A stretch of 52,874 nt of DNA from Candidatus Tayloriibacteriota bacterium (lineage in GTDB: Bacteria; Patescibacteriota; Minisyncoccia; Phycocordibacterales; CAIZLB01), in the NCBI GenBank assembly GCA_018883165.1, contig VEQN01000005.1, forward strand, positions 1 through 52,874, written 5' to 3'. Below are positions 10,301-18,508 of the stretch, one piece after another. The notes under the pieces were generated by a model. It saw nothing but the letters and a program-made list of their open reading frames with translations. It was not told where the DNA came from and searched no databases. The translations under genes were made by a program, and so were the position numbers. How positions within the stretch are numbered: the first letter of the stretch is position 1; each line of letters opens with the position of its first letter.

Positions 10301-10383
10301 CGATCACCAATCACAGATTCAGCGCTGATGTATGACGGTACAAGTATCCATGCGTACAGTGCAAAAAGAAAAACACATTTCAT
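7336..10383 (-). CDS. Secreted protein: parallel beta-helix domain plus LCAT/PGAP1-like alpha/beta hydrolase
   Basis: Signal peptide; N/S/G-rich beta-helix repeats ending in NWWG..GP; FFPGLQGSRLY, YDWR, nucleophile elbow GHSFGG, GTP..GS, GDGVVP, EH. Confidence 0.8.
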   Translation of the reverse strand: MKCVFLFALYAWILVPSYISAESVIGDRTLSSNEVWKYQSTHEINGNLTIPKGLKLVIQVGEKGLQFNSGSIYVYGELEIVGTSARILSGHSFSGIYTMGGSLVVSGIQANGDCPKIYGWDNSKIIISNSVFDTCNASGALISSWNHSELTVQNVTLTNITATSVIESFKYSNMYISDTVFRNNMTVAVVSSYENGVVTVENSEFVDSPSSIGVQVFNKVYTTFSGNSFSRLKTGISTFEHAENFLSANTFLNNRIGFEAYAASSTVVGNIFEEHIGYATYAEGGFVEARDNWWGSGTGPRFPLQNIQGVGDSADGSLNVMPWLLEKPNIKKCCSSMFFFPGLQGSRLYTRGYMFENQLWEPNRDADVKKLYFNTSGEPISKSIYPKDMVSRTNIGSSIGLGFLDIDVYKGMEEYLVGLKNRRMIQDWGVIVYDWRYSSDEVVLMNRKIWTKEIKEKALKSKTGKVILVGHSFGGIVAKKFASYLESEGLGHLIESVVLIGTPEQGSFSSVSSVLHGDGQSILHGAILTQSTARSFSKNIKSVNELVRITLDQMSSGIEIHTKNKDPVHLRTKDMMLDFIFRTGVFKDRKIPFSDVDVRTAAIGNKIVYDKVKDIRYSISDTLSGKITHILSTNVLTQNGIEYIEKCGPQAELSLGVGLVQQNVSADAYCAMSRNSMYTKNGDGVVPVGDISKRAGRTILIDVFKYNNIHPNRIEHVNLASTEPVLTILNDIVFGRDLKFSAAPYVTVVPSNQQVDAPLEVTSYWRVKIQGDGKVKVETDIGVVEDYQVKEGYVHSSNMKGVAYENTNSEKIILLPVKPRKINFSSKSLGTESFMIDRVDFRDGTYKSSYSQPAYIFDIDATTPQSVSTINITNDNATTTITLEKDYEGDGVVDAASIPIVATSTYSDIAVEEYSINDIKVELRALRTRIQSGIVTKKFADRYVLKINAILRRIDAYPISNSKAYSKSIQVSLDSIVKEIEKSYKNYRGGMSLKDASFLYPGFFKIYKMFVYLKV

Positions 10384-10428
10384 GTCCGTAGATTACATGA
10401 ATGAGATGAAAATGATTTTAAGAAAAAA

Positions 10429-10533
10429 TTAGATTATTGTTTGATACAAGCCTGTCGCTATCAAAACCATGAAACCGAAAATAAGGATTGCGAGAAATCC
10501 ACATATAAGTCTAAAAGCAGTTGTATCAAACAT
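10429..10533 (-). CDS. 34-aa single-TM small protein (MFDTTAFRLICGFLAILIFGFMVLIATGLYQTII)
   Basis: Below the ORF-track cutoff. TGtTACAAT extended -10 lies 6 nt before the ATG; one hydrophobic helix. Confidence 0.6.
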   Translation of the reverse strand: MFDTTAFRLICGFLAILIFGFMVLIATGLYQTII

Positions 10534-10548
10534 GAAATTATTGTAACA

Positions 10549-10583
10549 CAAAAAGCCCGTCTCTTTCGGGAGCGGGCTTTTTG
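10549..10583 (-). terminator. Intrinsic terminator after the S-layer-like gene
   Basis: caaaaagcccg...cgggctttttg. Confidence 0.88.
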
Positions 10584-10623
10584 CTGAATCAAGATCTAAC
10601 AGATCTGGACTTCGTTCAAGTTA

Positions 10624-12360
10624 TTACTTGATGAAGTTTACACCTGTTGGAGTCTTGTAATCATCCCAACCATATGTCTGTGTTACAGACACTGAACCAA
10701 CTGTCCATGCAACTGACTCAATGTATGCTGAGTAGATACCTGAAGTCAATCCTGTTGATGACGCAGTAGCTGTAACTGTTACAGGAACTGTTGTACCATC
10801 AGCGATGTTGTTGTCTGGGATTGTTGAAACAAGTACTGAAGCTGTTGTTGTAGCAGCGTAGTCAGATCGTGCGAACTTAACTACTACTGATGTGTTAGCA
10901 AGCTTTGTCATTGTTCCTCCAAGAGCTGTTACGTTCAATGGGAATCGAGCTGTTGCAGCTGTAGATGAACCCTGCTGGTTTGTACCATCGATTGTGATAG
11001 TAGGTGTTCCAGCGAGTGCGAATACAGGAGCAGCAGTGTAAACATACTGAGCAACGTTAGATACTGATGAGCCTGAAGCAGTAGCTGTTGTACCGTTTGG
11101 CTTTTCGTATACTACGTTTCCAACAACCACACTAGCGTATGAGCCAGATGTTGTGTTTGATGGGAAGTCAGCCTTGATTGTGTATGTTACGTTTGTGTCG
11201 TTTCCAGGAACTACTGCACCTGCTGTTGAGTCGAGGTTATCGAATGCAACTGTTGATGCGTAAGACTTAGACTTCAACAATGTTGAACCCTGGTAGAGGT
11301 ACAATGTTGTAGGAGCTGTACCAGAAGTTGTTGTTGTAGCGTACACAGTCATGAGCTTTGAATCACCTGAAGTTGACTTCAAGTTGAATGTACCAAGAGT
11401 AACATTCTGAAGTACATCAGAACCATTTACTCGGTAGTTCATTGATCGGATAGGATTTGAAGCACCTGAGAGTGTCAAAGTAGATGTACCTGGTTTCTTG
11501 AATGTATGTGTTCGAGTGTAACCTGAACCTGATACATCGTAGAAGCTTGATACGCCGTTACCTGAAACCGCTCGTACAGATGATGATCCGTAACCCTGAA
11601 CTGTAACTGTTCGGTCGTTGTCAAGTCCGTTTGTACTGAATGATACAGTTAGAACTTTTGTAACGTCCTTAGCAACTACAAAGTTAAGACCTGAAAGTCG
11701 GTAGTAATATACCTGGTTCTGGTCCTTAGTAAATGTAGACATTGTTACAGGAATTGTAGCAATTACGTTTGATCCATCCCAAACCTTGATTGTGTTGATC
11801 AAAGTTGCTGGGTTTTCTGATGATGAACCATCAGATACTGCAACTTTAAGGTCAAGAGTCTGAACTGAAACATCAGCGATTCGAGCCTTGAACTCAATTC
11901 CGTATACAGGAACATCGTTCTGAGTCTTCACGTTTGAGTTATCAGCAGGTGTTGATGCAAGTCGAGTATCGAGTGTACCTTCAACTCCTGATGTTGTAAC
12001 TGTAGTTGTAGTGTTTGTAGTTGTTGTGTTTGTTGTAACAACTGCATCAGCTGCAACAGCAGCTCGTGTCATAGGACCAAAGAATCCTGTTTGTGGAAGA
12101 CCCTTTGTAGCCTGGTATGCTCGAACTGCAGTTCTTGTAAGAGGACCAAATGATCCCTTCGCAACGCCAGCTGGCATTGTAAGGAGACCCTTTGATTCGA
12201 GGAATGACTGTAGAGCTACTACGTCAGCACCTCGTGAACCTACCTTAAGGTTCATTGTGAATGTGTAAGCTGTAGACACTGTCTGTGCTGAAGCTGCTAC
12301 TGGAGCAACAACTGAAAGCGCAAGAGCAAGTGTAAGAACAGCTGCGAAATATTTCTTCAT
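10624..12360 (-). CDS. Major surface / S-layer-like protein with an N-terminal peptidoglycan-binding domain
   Basis: Signal peptide; LKVGSRGADVVALQSFL...FGPLTRTAVRAYQ...TGFFGPMTR (PG_binding_1); Thr/Ser/Val-rich beta-sandwich body; codon use resembles the ribosomal protein genes. Confidence 0.8.
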   Translation of the reverse strand: MKKYFAAVLTLALALSVVAPVAASAQTVSTAYTFTMNLKVGSRGADVVALQSFLESKGLLTMPAGVAKGSFGPLTRTAVRAYQATKGLPQTGFFGPMTRAAVAADAVVTTNTTTTNTTTTVTTSGVEGTLDTRLASTPADNSNVKTQNDVPVYGIEFKARIADVSVQTLDLKVAVSDGSSSENPATLINTIKVWDGSNVIATIPVTMSTFTKDQNQVYYYRLSGLNFVVAKDVTKVLTVSFSTNGLDNDRTVTVQGYGSSSVRAVSGNGVSSFYDVSGSGYTRTHTFKKPGTSTLTLSGASNPIRSMNYRVNGSDVLQNVTLGTFNLKSTSGDSKLMTVYATTTTSGTAPTTLYLYQGSTLLKSKSYASTVAFDNLDSTAGAVVPGNDTNVTYTIKADFPSNTTSGSYASVVVGNVVYEKPNGTTATASGSSVSNVAQYVYTAAPVFALAGTPTITIDGTNQQGSSTAATARFPLNVTALGGTMTKLANTSVVVKFARSDYAATTTASVLVSTIPDNNIADGTTVPVTVTATASSTGLTSGIYSAYIESVAWTVGSVSVTQTYGWDDYKTPTGVNFIK

Positions 12361-12869
12361 ATGATAATTAAAATTTGTTTAAAGGTTTTGCTTCACCACA
12401 TTAATTGATAAACAATTTATAATGTGTGGTTACACACAACCTTCGGGTTAAACTAACCTGGCGAACCCGTAGAGAAACTCGAAGTAATTCCGAGTACCTG
12501 TACGGGTTCGCCGTTTGTAATAACTAACTATAATGACTCCATTTGTCGTGAAGAGTCATACCACTTCCCAACCTCATTTCCATCAACATCTTTTTATTAA
12601 TTTTCATTAACGTAAAGTTGAGAACGAAATCGACACGAAGTTTGGAAAAGTTGTCGAATGTAATTTGTATTTCTGAGTACTGAATATCTGTCGTTCTGAT
12701 GTTCAGAAATTGAACTAACTATGGGTTTTTCAATGGTCAGATTGTTACTGGGTAGCGCTCCTATATATATGTAACTTTCAGGAACATATAATAGTGCCTA
12801 TAAATACTGTGCTACATACCATGACGGTATATAGCCCCATATATTACAGAAAAACACCCCCTTAGTCAA
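12361..12869 (-). promoter_or_regulatory. Promoter and ~470-nt structured 5' leader of the surface-protein gene
   Basis: TTGACT (12869-12864), 17 nt, TAATAT (12846-12841). Several hairpins follow, including a perfect 12-bp stem at 12460-12471 / 12501-12512. Confidence 0.6.
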
Positions 12870-12914
12870 TGAAAGTCAACCACTCGAGTTTTTGGAAAGA
12901 TGGCTTAAAACAAA

Positions 12915-14569
12915 GATATAAAAGACATCAAAAGGACAAAATTATTTCGCAAGCGCGTATCTTGACCATCTCCTTTCCCCTGTTTTAGTTAAAACTCCTT
13001 GTTCTACCAACGCCAGAAGCTCTCTTTGTATGGTTTTTTCGCTACATCCTTTAACAACACCTTCCAGATCTTTTATGGAAAGTTCGCCTTTTGCGGCGAT
13101 AGTATTAATAATAAGTTCTTGTCTACCTGACTTTGCAAATGGTGCAGATTTACTCTCTTCCTTACCCGGTATCGTAGATGACAATCCGTGTAAATCCTCG
13201 AGAGTTTTAGAAGTTGCTAATCTTTGTCTGAATACAGCATTAGTAGGATGGAATGAAGATCTCGATGTTCTTGTTAAAGAAGCCTCCTTTGGATTTGATA
13301 CAGAAAGAGTCTCGATTATTGGTTTGGGTTTCTCCAACACAACCTTTTCATCAACTATAGGTTTAGGTGCCTGAATGAACATCTCAGACTCAAAGTCAGA
13401 CATTTTAAGCGAAGGTTGTGGTGATATCTTATGAGACAATTCTTCTACTTCAAACATAAAAGATTTAATTTGTCCGAGGAGGATGTCAGAGTTAGATTCT
13501 GAAATGAGTTTAAGTGCATGTGCCAGTTCTACCAAATTTACCAAGAACAATGACTTAGACAGAATAACATCTCTGTCTTTTATAGAGAGTGTTCCCGAGT
13601 TGCACAAACTTGAGATTGCAATATCGGACATATCCAAAGCAGTACTCCTCAACTTCATTCGTATCTCTTTGTTTTCCTCAATATGCGCAGTTACTAGACA
13701 GGTGGCCTTAGTGATTTGAGACACCTTCTTACAGAGGTAGGACACCTTGTTGTCTTTTATAAAAGACAACAACTTTTCTGTCCCTTGTACCTCTCCAACC
13801 TGCTCTGAAACTTGATTGTCTTTTTGCATAATTTTTAGTGACTTTTAATAGTGACCCCATTATATATAAGACAACTTTAAAAGCAACTTAGTGTACGAAT
13901 GTTTGCGTGATAAAATATGTACATGGCAAAACGTGAAAAAAAGAAATCTCCTGATACGGACATTAAACAATCTTCTAAGACAAGTTATTTAAAAGAAAGC
14001 ACATGGAAAAGTGTATGGGGAATCTCCCTGTTTATACTATCAATCTTCTTCCTCTTTGCAGGGTTTGGAGGTGGTGGTTTAGTGGGTACAAAAGTACACG
14101 ATATCCTGTCTGATCTCTTAGGATATGGATACTACCTCATCCCTGCAATTCTTTTAATACTCTCCCTTTCTTTCTTTGGGGATCAGGAAAGGAGTTTCCC
14201 ACCGTCAAAGATTGCAGGTACCGTACTCTTCATAGTATCTGGTCTTGGTTTATTTGAGCTTACCAGCGAGACAAGTGGAGGTATCGTTGGGGCCCTCATA
14301 TCAAAACCCCTCCTTCAACTCTTTGACTATGCAACCAGCGTAATTACACTCGTCGGGTTACTACTCATTTCAATCATTGTGATTTACGACGCAGCTCTAC
14401 GCAAAGAGCATGTAATGTTCTGGAGACTCATTCACGGTAAAAAAGATGAAGAAGGAATGGATGAAAAAGTATCTAATAATAAGGATAAAATTAAAGGACA
14501 ACCAATGTCTGATATAAAAGACATGGATGAAGAAGAGATTGATGAGAAAAAAGCAGCTTCTGTCCTTGA
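12915..14569. repeat. Cluster of TATAAAAGACA-like boxes; full palindromic sites TGTC-N10-GACA
   Basis: Perfect 26-bp palindrome at 13747-13772; second full site at 14505-14524; identical 14-mer gatataaaagacat at 12915 and 14511; further half-sites in both orientations. Confidence 0.7.
12942..13829 (-). CDS. Helical-bundle plus C-terminal winged-HTH (DeoR-like HTH) DNA-binding protein
   Basis: C-terminal RQELIINTI...LSIKDL....CSEKTIQRELLALVEQGVL.KTGERRWSRY; helical N-terminal domain; low-complexity linker. Confidence 0.8.
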   Translation of the reverse strand: MQKDNQVSEQVGEVQGTEKLLSFIKDNKVSYLCKKVSQITKATCLVTAHIEENKEIRMKLRSTALDMSDIAISSLCNSGTLSIKDRDVILSKSLFLVNLVELAHALKLISESNSDILLGQIKSFMFEVEELSHKISPQPSLKMSDFESEMFIQAPKPIVDEKVVLEKPKPIIETLSVSNPKEASLTRTSRSSFHPTNAVFRQRLATSKTLEDLHGLSSTIPGKEESKSAPFAKSGRQELIINTIAAKGELSIKDLEGVVKGCSEKTIQRELLALVEQGVLTKTGERRWSRYALAK

Positions 14570-16241
14570 AACCATAAAGGCCAAGCTTAAGGCTGAGACC
14601 AAACCTGAACCTATTGAAAAAGAACCTAAGGTGGCTGTGGATAACAAAGCTGAAAATGACAAAGATGATGTCATCCAAGTATCAAGAAAATCTCTACTCC
14701 TTGGTAAAGCATTCGTTCCTCCCCCGCTTTCCCTTCTTGAAGGCGATAGTGGTAAACCAGGAGTTGGTGACATTAAAGCGAACGCAAATGTAATTAAAAG
14801 AACTCTTCAGAACTTCGGTATAGATGTAGAGATGGATGAGGTCTCAATTGGACCATCTGTCACACGGTATGCATTGAAGCCAGCAGAAGGTGTAAAACTT
14901 TCTAAAATCCTTGGCCTTCAGAACAACCTCTCACTTGCTCTTGCGGCACACCCAATTCGTATTGAAGCACCAATCCCTGGTAAGTCACTTGTAGGTATTG
15001 AAATTCCAAACACAGTGAAGACAAAAGTAGGTCTAGGTACACTTCTTGCACAAGATGAATATCAGAAATCTGAGACACCACTCATGATAGCTCTCGGTAA
15101 AGGAATCTCTGGTAAATCATATTTCGGTAACCTAACAAAACTTCCACACCTTCTCATCGCAGGTACAACTGGATCTGGTAAATCAATTACCATTCATGCA
15201 ATCATCACTTCCCTCCTCTACAGAAACTCAGCTGACAATCTCCGATTCATCATGATTGACCCTAAACGAGTGGAGCTCACTCAGTACAACAAGATCCCTC
15301 ACCTTCTCACCCCAGTAATCACAGATGCAAAGAAAGCAATTCTTTCACTCAAGTGGGCAGCAAAAGAAATGGATAGACGATATAACATTCTTGAAAAACA
15401 TTCGGTTCGAGATATTAGCTCTTACCATAAAAACATCCTAACGCCATTACTTGAGAAAAAGAAAAAAGGTGAAATTAAGGATGATGAAATGATCGACCCG
15501 ATGCCATACATTGTTATCGTAATTGATGAGTTGGCAGATATCATGCAAACATACCCTCGAGAACTTGAAGCGGGTATTGTTCGACTTGCGCAAATGAGTC
15601 GAGCTGTGGGTATCCATCTCATCCTCTCAACACAAAGACCATCGGTAAACGTAATCACTGGTCTCATTAAGGCAAACGTACCGTCTCGAATCGCTCTCCA
15701 GGTAGCATCACAAATTGACTCTAGAACAATCCTTGATATGCGAGGAGCTGAGGAGCTTCTTGGTGCCGGAGACATGCTCTATCTCTCAGGCGACATGGCA
15801 ACTCCGCAACGAATCCAGTCAGCATTCATTAGTGAGGCTGAAATGAAACGAGTGGTACAGTACCTAATCGATAATGCAGAGGGTCTTCCATCAGAAATTA
15901 CTCTCACAGGTGAAAGTGTTACTAACGTAACACCTGACCCGATATTTAGCTCTAGCACAGAAGGTGGCCTTGGAGACGACGAAGATGTTGATGATGATTT
16001 GTATGAAGAAGCAAAACAAATCGTACTCGAGGCTGGAAAAGCTTCAACATCATATATTCAGAGGAAACTACGAGTTGGATATGCACGAGCTGCTAGGCTT
16101 ATGGATATCCTCGAAGACAAGGGTGTCATAGGTCCTGCTGACGGTGCTAAACCACGAGAAGTACTCATCGGTCGCGAAGGTGGATCTTCAAATGACGAGG
16201 AATATTCAGAAGAAGCAGAGGAGGAAGAGACAAATTTATAA
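13923..16241 (+). CDS. ftsK: DNA translocase FtsK/SpoIIIE
   Basis: 4-TM N-terminus; PHLLIAGTTGSGKS, IDPK, IVIDELAD, TQRPS; gamma domain STSYIQRKLRVGYARAARLMD. Start ATG 13923 preferred (alternative 13917). Confidence 0.98.
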   Translation: MAKREKKKSPDTDIKQSSKTSYLKESTWKSVWGISLFILSIFFLFAGFGGGGLVGTKVHDILSDLLGYGYYLIPAILLILSLSFFGDQERSFPPSKIAGTVLFIVSGLGLFELTSETSGGIVGALISKPLLQLFDYATSVITLVGLLLISIIVIYDAALRKEHVMFWRLIHGKKDEEGMDEKVSNNKDKIKGQPMSDIKDMDEEEIDEKKAASVLETIKAKLKAETKPEPIEKEPKVAVDNKAENDKDDVIQVSRKSLLLGKAFVPPPLSLLEGDSGKPGVGDIKANANVIKRTLQNFGIDVEMDEVSIGPSVTRYALKPAEGVKLSKILGLQNNLSLALAAHPIRIEAPIPGKSLVGIEIPNTVKTKVGLGTLLAQDEYQKSETPLMIALGKGISGKSYFGNLTKLPHLLIAGTTGSGKSITIHAIITSLLYRNSADNLRFIMIDPKRVELTQYNKIPHLLTPVITDAKKAILSLKWAAKEMDRRYNILEKHSVRDISSYHKNILTPLLEKKKKGEIKDDEMIDPMPYIVIVIDELADIMQTYPRELEAGIVRLAQMSRAVGIHLILSTQRPSVNVITGLIKANVPSRIALQVASQIDSRTILDMRGAEELLGAGDMLYLSGDMATPQRIQSAFISEAEMKRVVQYLIDNAEGLPSEITLTGESVTNVTPDPIFSSSTEGGLGDDEDVDDDLYEEAKQIVLEAGKASTSYIQRKLRVGYARAARLMDILEDKGVIGPADGAKPREVLIGREGGSSNDEEYSEEAEEEETNL

Positions 16242-16272
16242 TTCATTTACATCCCCTTAATATCGATACCCT

Positions 16273-16632
16273 ATGCTAAAGCCATACGAAGACGGAAAAC
16301 TGATACTGAAAACACTGATGGTTGGAATCTTCGTATTATGTTTGATTGGATATGGCATATTCCAGGCAAAAAAGATCGTGGAGGGTCCTGAACTAAGCCT
16401 GTATTCCCCTACCCCTGGTGGGACAGTAACAGACAACAGGCTTACCGTCTCTGGAAAAGCCTCAAACATCTCAGCCATCTGGCTTAATGACAGACCAATT
16501 GTGACAGACGAATCGGGAGTTTTCAATGAGAAACTAATGGTATATCCAGGGTATAATATAATCACACTCAAGGCTGAGGATAAGTTCGGGTCAAGAGTTG
16601 AGAAAAAAATAGAAGTCGTATATAAGCAATAA
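16273..16632 (+). CDS. Membrane-anchored single Ig-like domain protein
   Basis: N-terminal TM, then P.L...P...V.G....LN....G.F.....PGYN.I...AED pattern. Confidence 0.7.
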   Translation: MLKPYEDGKLILKTLMVGIFVLCLIGYGIFQAKKIVEGPELSLYSPTPGGTVTDNRLTVSGKASNISAIWLNDRPIVTDESGVFNEKLMVYPGYNIITLKAEDKFGSRVEKKIEVVYKQ

Positions 16633-16641
16633 TTAATTTAC

Positions 16642-17760
16642 ATGGCAAAAAAGAACGCACCAAAGAAAGATAAGAAAGTATCTAAGGAGGTTACCGAAGA
16701 TACAACTCTGGATACAGAAACAGAAGTAGCAACTGAAAATGAGGAAGAGGTTTCTTCAAAGAAATCTAAATCAGCTCCATCGGAAAGTGAGATCAAGGAT
16801 ACACTTGCACAGATTAAGACTAAGTTTGGTGATGACGCAATCATGAAGCTTGGTGATAAACCAAAAGTAAACGTAAATGTCATTCCAACCGGATCAATTG
16901 GTCTAGATGCAGCACTCGGTGTTGGTGGTATGCCTCGAGGCAGAATCATTGAAATATTTGGGCCAGAGTCTTCAGGTAAGACGACACTCGCCCTCCATGT
17001 TGTGGCAGAAGCGCAGAAGATGAGTGGAATTTGTGCGTATATTGATGCCGAGCATGCGATGGATCCAGAGTATGCAAAACGACTTGGTGTAAAGATTGAT
17101 CAGCTTCTCATCTCTCAACCAGATACAGGTGAACAAGCTCTCGAGATTGTAGAAAGCTTAGTACGATCTGGAAAAATTGATGTCATCGTAATTGACTCCG
17201 TTGCAGCCCTTACCCCTAAAGATGAAATCGAAGGTGACATGGGTGCACACCATGTTGGAAAACAAGCAAGGCTCATGTCTCAAGCACTTCGAAAACTTAC
17301 AAGTATCGTTTCAAAGACAAAGACCGTAGTAATTTTCATCAACCAAATACGAATGCAAATTGGAGTCATGTTTGGAAATCCAGAGACTACACCAGGTGGT
17401 AAAGCACTAAAATTCTACACTTCTGTAAGACTGGATATTCGAAGAATTGCTCAGATAAAGAAAGGTGAAGAAATCATGGGAGGACGAGTGCGAGTGAAAG
17501 TTGTTAAAAACAAAGTAGCAGCTCCATTTAAGCAAACTGAATTCGATTTGATGTACAACGAAGGTATTTCAAAAGAAGGTGAGATGATTGCTCTTGGGGA
17601 AAAGATGGGCATAATTTCAAAAAGTGGTACAAGCTACTCATACGTAGAAGAGAAGCTTGGTCGAGGATATGATGCAACAAGGCAATATCTACGAGAAAAT
17701 ACAGTAACAGCAAACAAGATACTTAAAGAAATTCGAGCGAAGCTGAAGGAACAAGAATAG
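16642..17760 (+). CDS. recA: Recombinase RecA with a charged N-terminal extension
   Basis: [41 protein letters not shown]. Confidence 0.99.
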   Translation: MAKKNAPKKDKKVSKEVTEDTTLDTETEVATENEEEVSSKKSKSAPSESEIKDTLAQIKTKFGDDAIMKLGDKPKVNVNVIPTGSIGLDAALGVGGMPRGRIIEIFGPESSGKTTLALHVVAEAQKMSGICAYIDAEHAMDPEYAKRLGVKIDQLLISQPDTGEQALEIVESLVRSGKIDVIVIDSVAALTPKDEIEGDMGAHHVGKQARLMSQALRKLTSIVSKTKTVVIFINQIRMQIGVMFGNPETTPGGKALKFYTSVRLDIRRIAQIKKGEEIMGGRVRVKVVKNKVAAPFKQTEFDLMYNEGISKEGEMIALGEKMGIISKSGTSYSYVEEKLGRGYDATRQYLRENTVTANKILKEIRAKLKEQE

Positions 17761-17767
17761 AAGGCGT

Positions 17768-17796
17768 AAAACACCCGCAGAGAGCGGGTGTTTTTT
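17768..17796 (+). terminator. Intrinsic terminator after recA
   Basis: aaaacacccgc-agaga-gcgggtgtttttt. Confidence 0.9.
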
Positions 17797-17875
17797 GTAA
17801 TATATACGACTAGACTTCTCCCCTGCTTTGGACTAGAATGCCTGTATTAATTAGCCATTTAGGAATATACACCCA

Positions 17876-18445
17876 ATGCTAGAATATAACGAAATTACAG
17901 TACGAAAGTACATTGTATTTGAAGGAGAGCCATATGAAGTACTTTCTTCACATGTGTTTCGAAAGCAGATGCGAAAGCCAGTAAACGCTACTAAGCTTAA
18001 AAATCTCATGAACGGTCGAGTGGTTGAGCACTCATTCGGTGCAACTGACAAAGCTGAGGAAGCAGATATCGATGAACGCAAAGTAAAGTTTTTATATGCA
18101 AACAGAGGTGAATGGTGGTTTTGCGAAGAGAATGATCCAAGTAAACGATTTAAACTTGAGGAATCCCTCATCGGAACAGCAGCTAAGTTCATGAAAGCGA
18201 ACACTCTTGTTGATGTACTTTCTTTTGAAGACAACATTTTCAGTGTAAAGCTTCCAATCAAGGTTGAACTTAAAGTAACTGACGCTCCCCCAGCAGTTAA
18301 AGGTGACACAGCGAAAGGTGGTAACAAAGTCATCACACTTGAGACTGGTGCAACAATCAACGCTCCAATTTTCGTTGCTGAAGGTGATGTAGTACGAATC
18401 AACACTGAAACTGGAGAATATGTAGAGCGAGTAAGTAACAAGTAA
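17876..18445 (+). CDS. efp: Elongation factor P
   Basis: PPAVKGDTA..GNK...LETG..I.APIFV..GD....NTETGEYVER. Confidence 0.96.
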   Translation: MLEYNEITVRKYIVFEGEPYEVLSSHVFRKQMRKPVNATKLKNLMNGRVVEHSFGATDKAEEADIDERKVKFLYANRGEWWFCEENDPSKRFKLEESLIGTAAKFMKANTLVDVLSFEDNIFSVKLPIKVELKVTDAPPAVKGDTAKGGNKVITLETGATINAPIFVAEGDVVRINTETGEYVERVSNK

Positions 18446-18460
18446 TATCTATATATGAAT

Positions 18461-18490
18461 ACAGCGGCACCTAGTTTGGTGCCGCTGTTT
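18461..18490. terminator. Terminator between convergent efp and the TrmB-like gene
   Basis: acagcggcacc-tagttt-ggtgccgctgt. Confidence 0.8.
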
Positions 18491-18508
18491 CGTTATTGAT
18501 GCAAAATA

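Noticed and set aside
11985-12045. gtt/gta tandem repeats
   Set aside because: They encode the Thr-rich linker of the surface protein.
13830-13922. dif site or oriC at the strand switch beside ftsK
   Set aside because: No XerC/XerD-like 28-mer or DnaA-box array seen, and gene orientation reverts to mostly minus after 18.5 kb.
16642-16790. RecA N-terminal extension as an intein or extra domain
   Set aside because: Low-complexity charged tail without splicing motifs.
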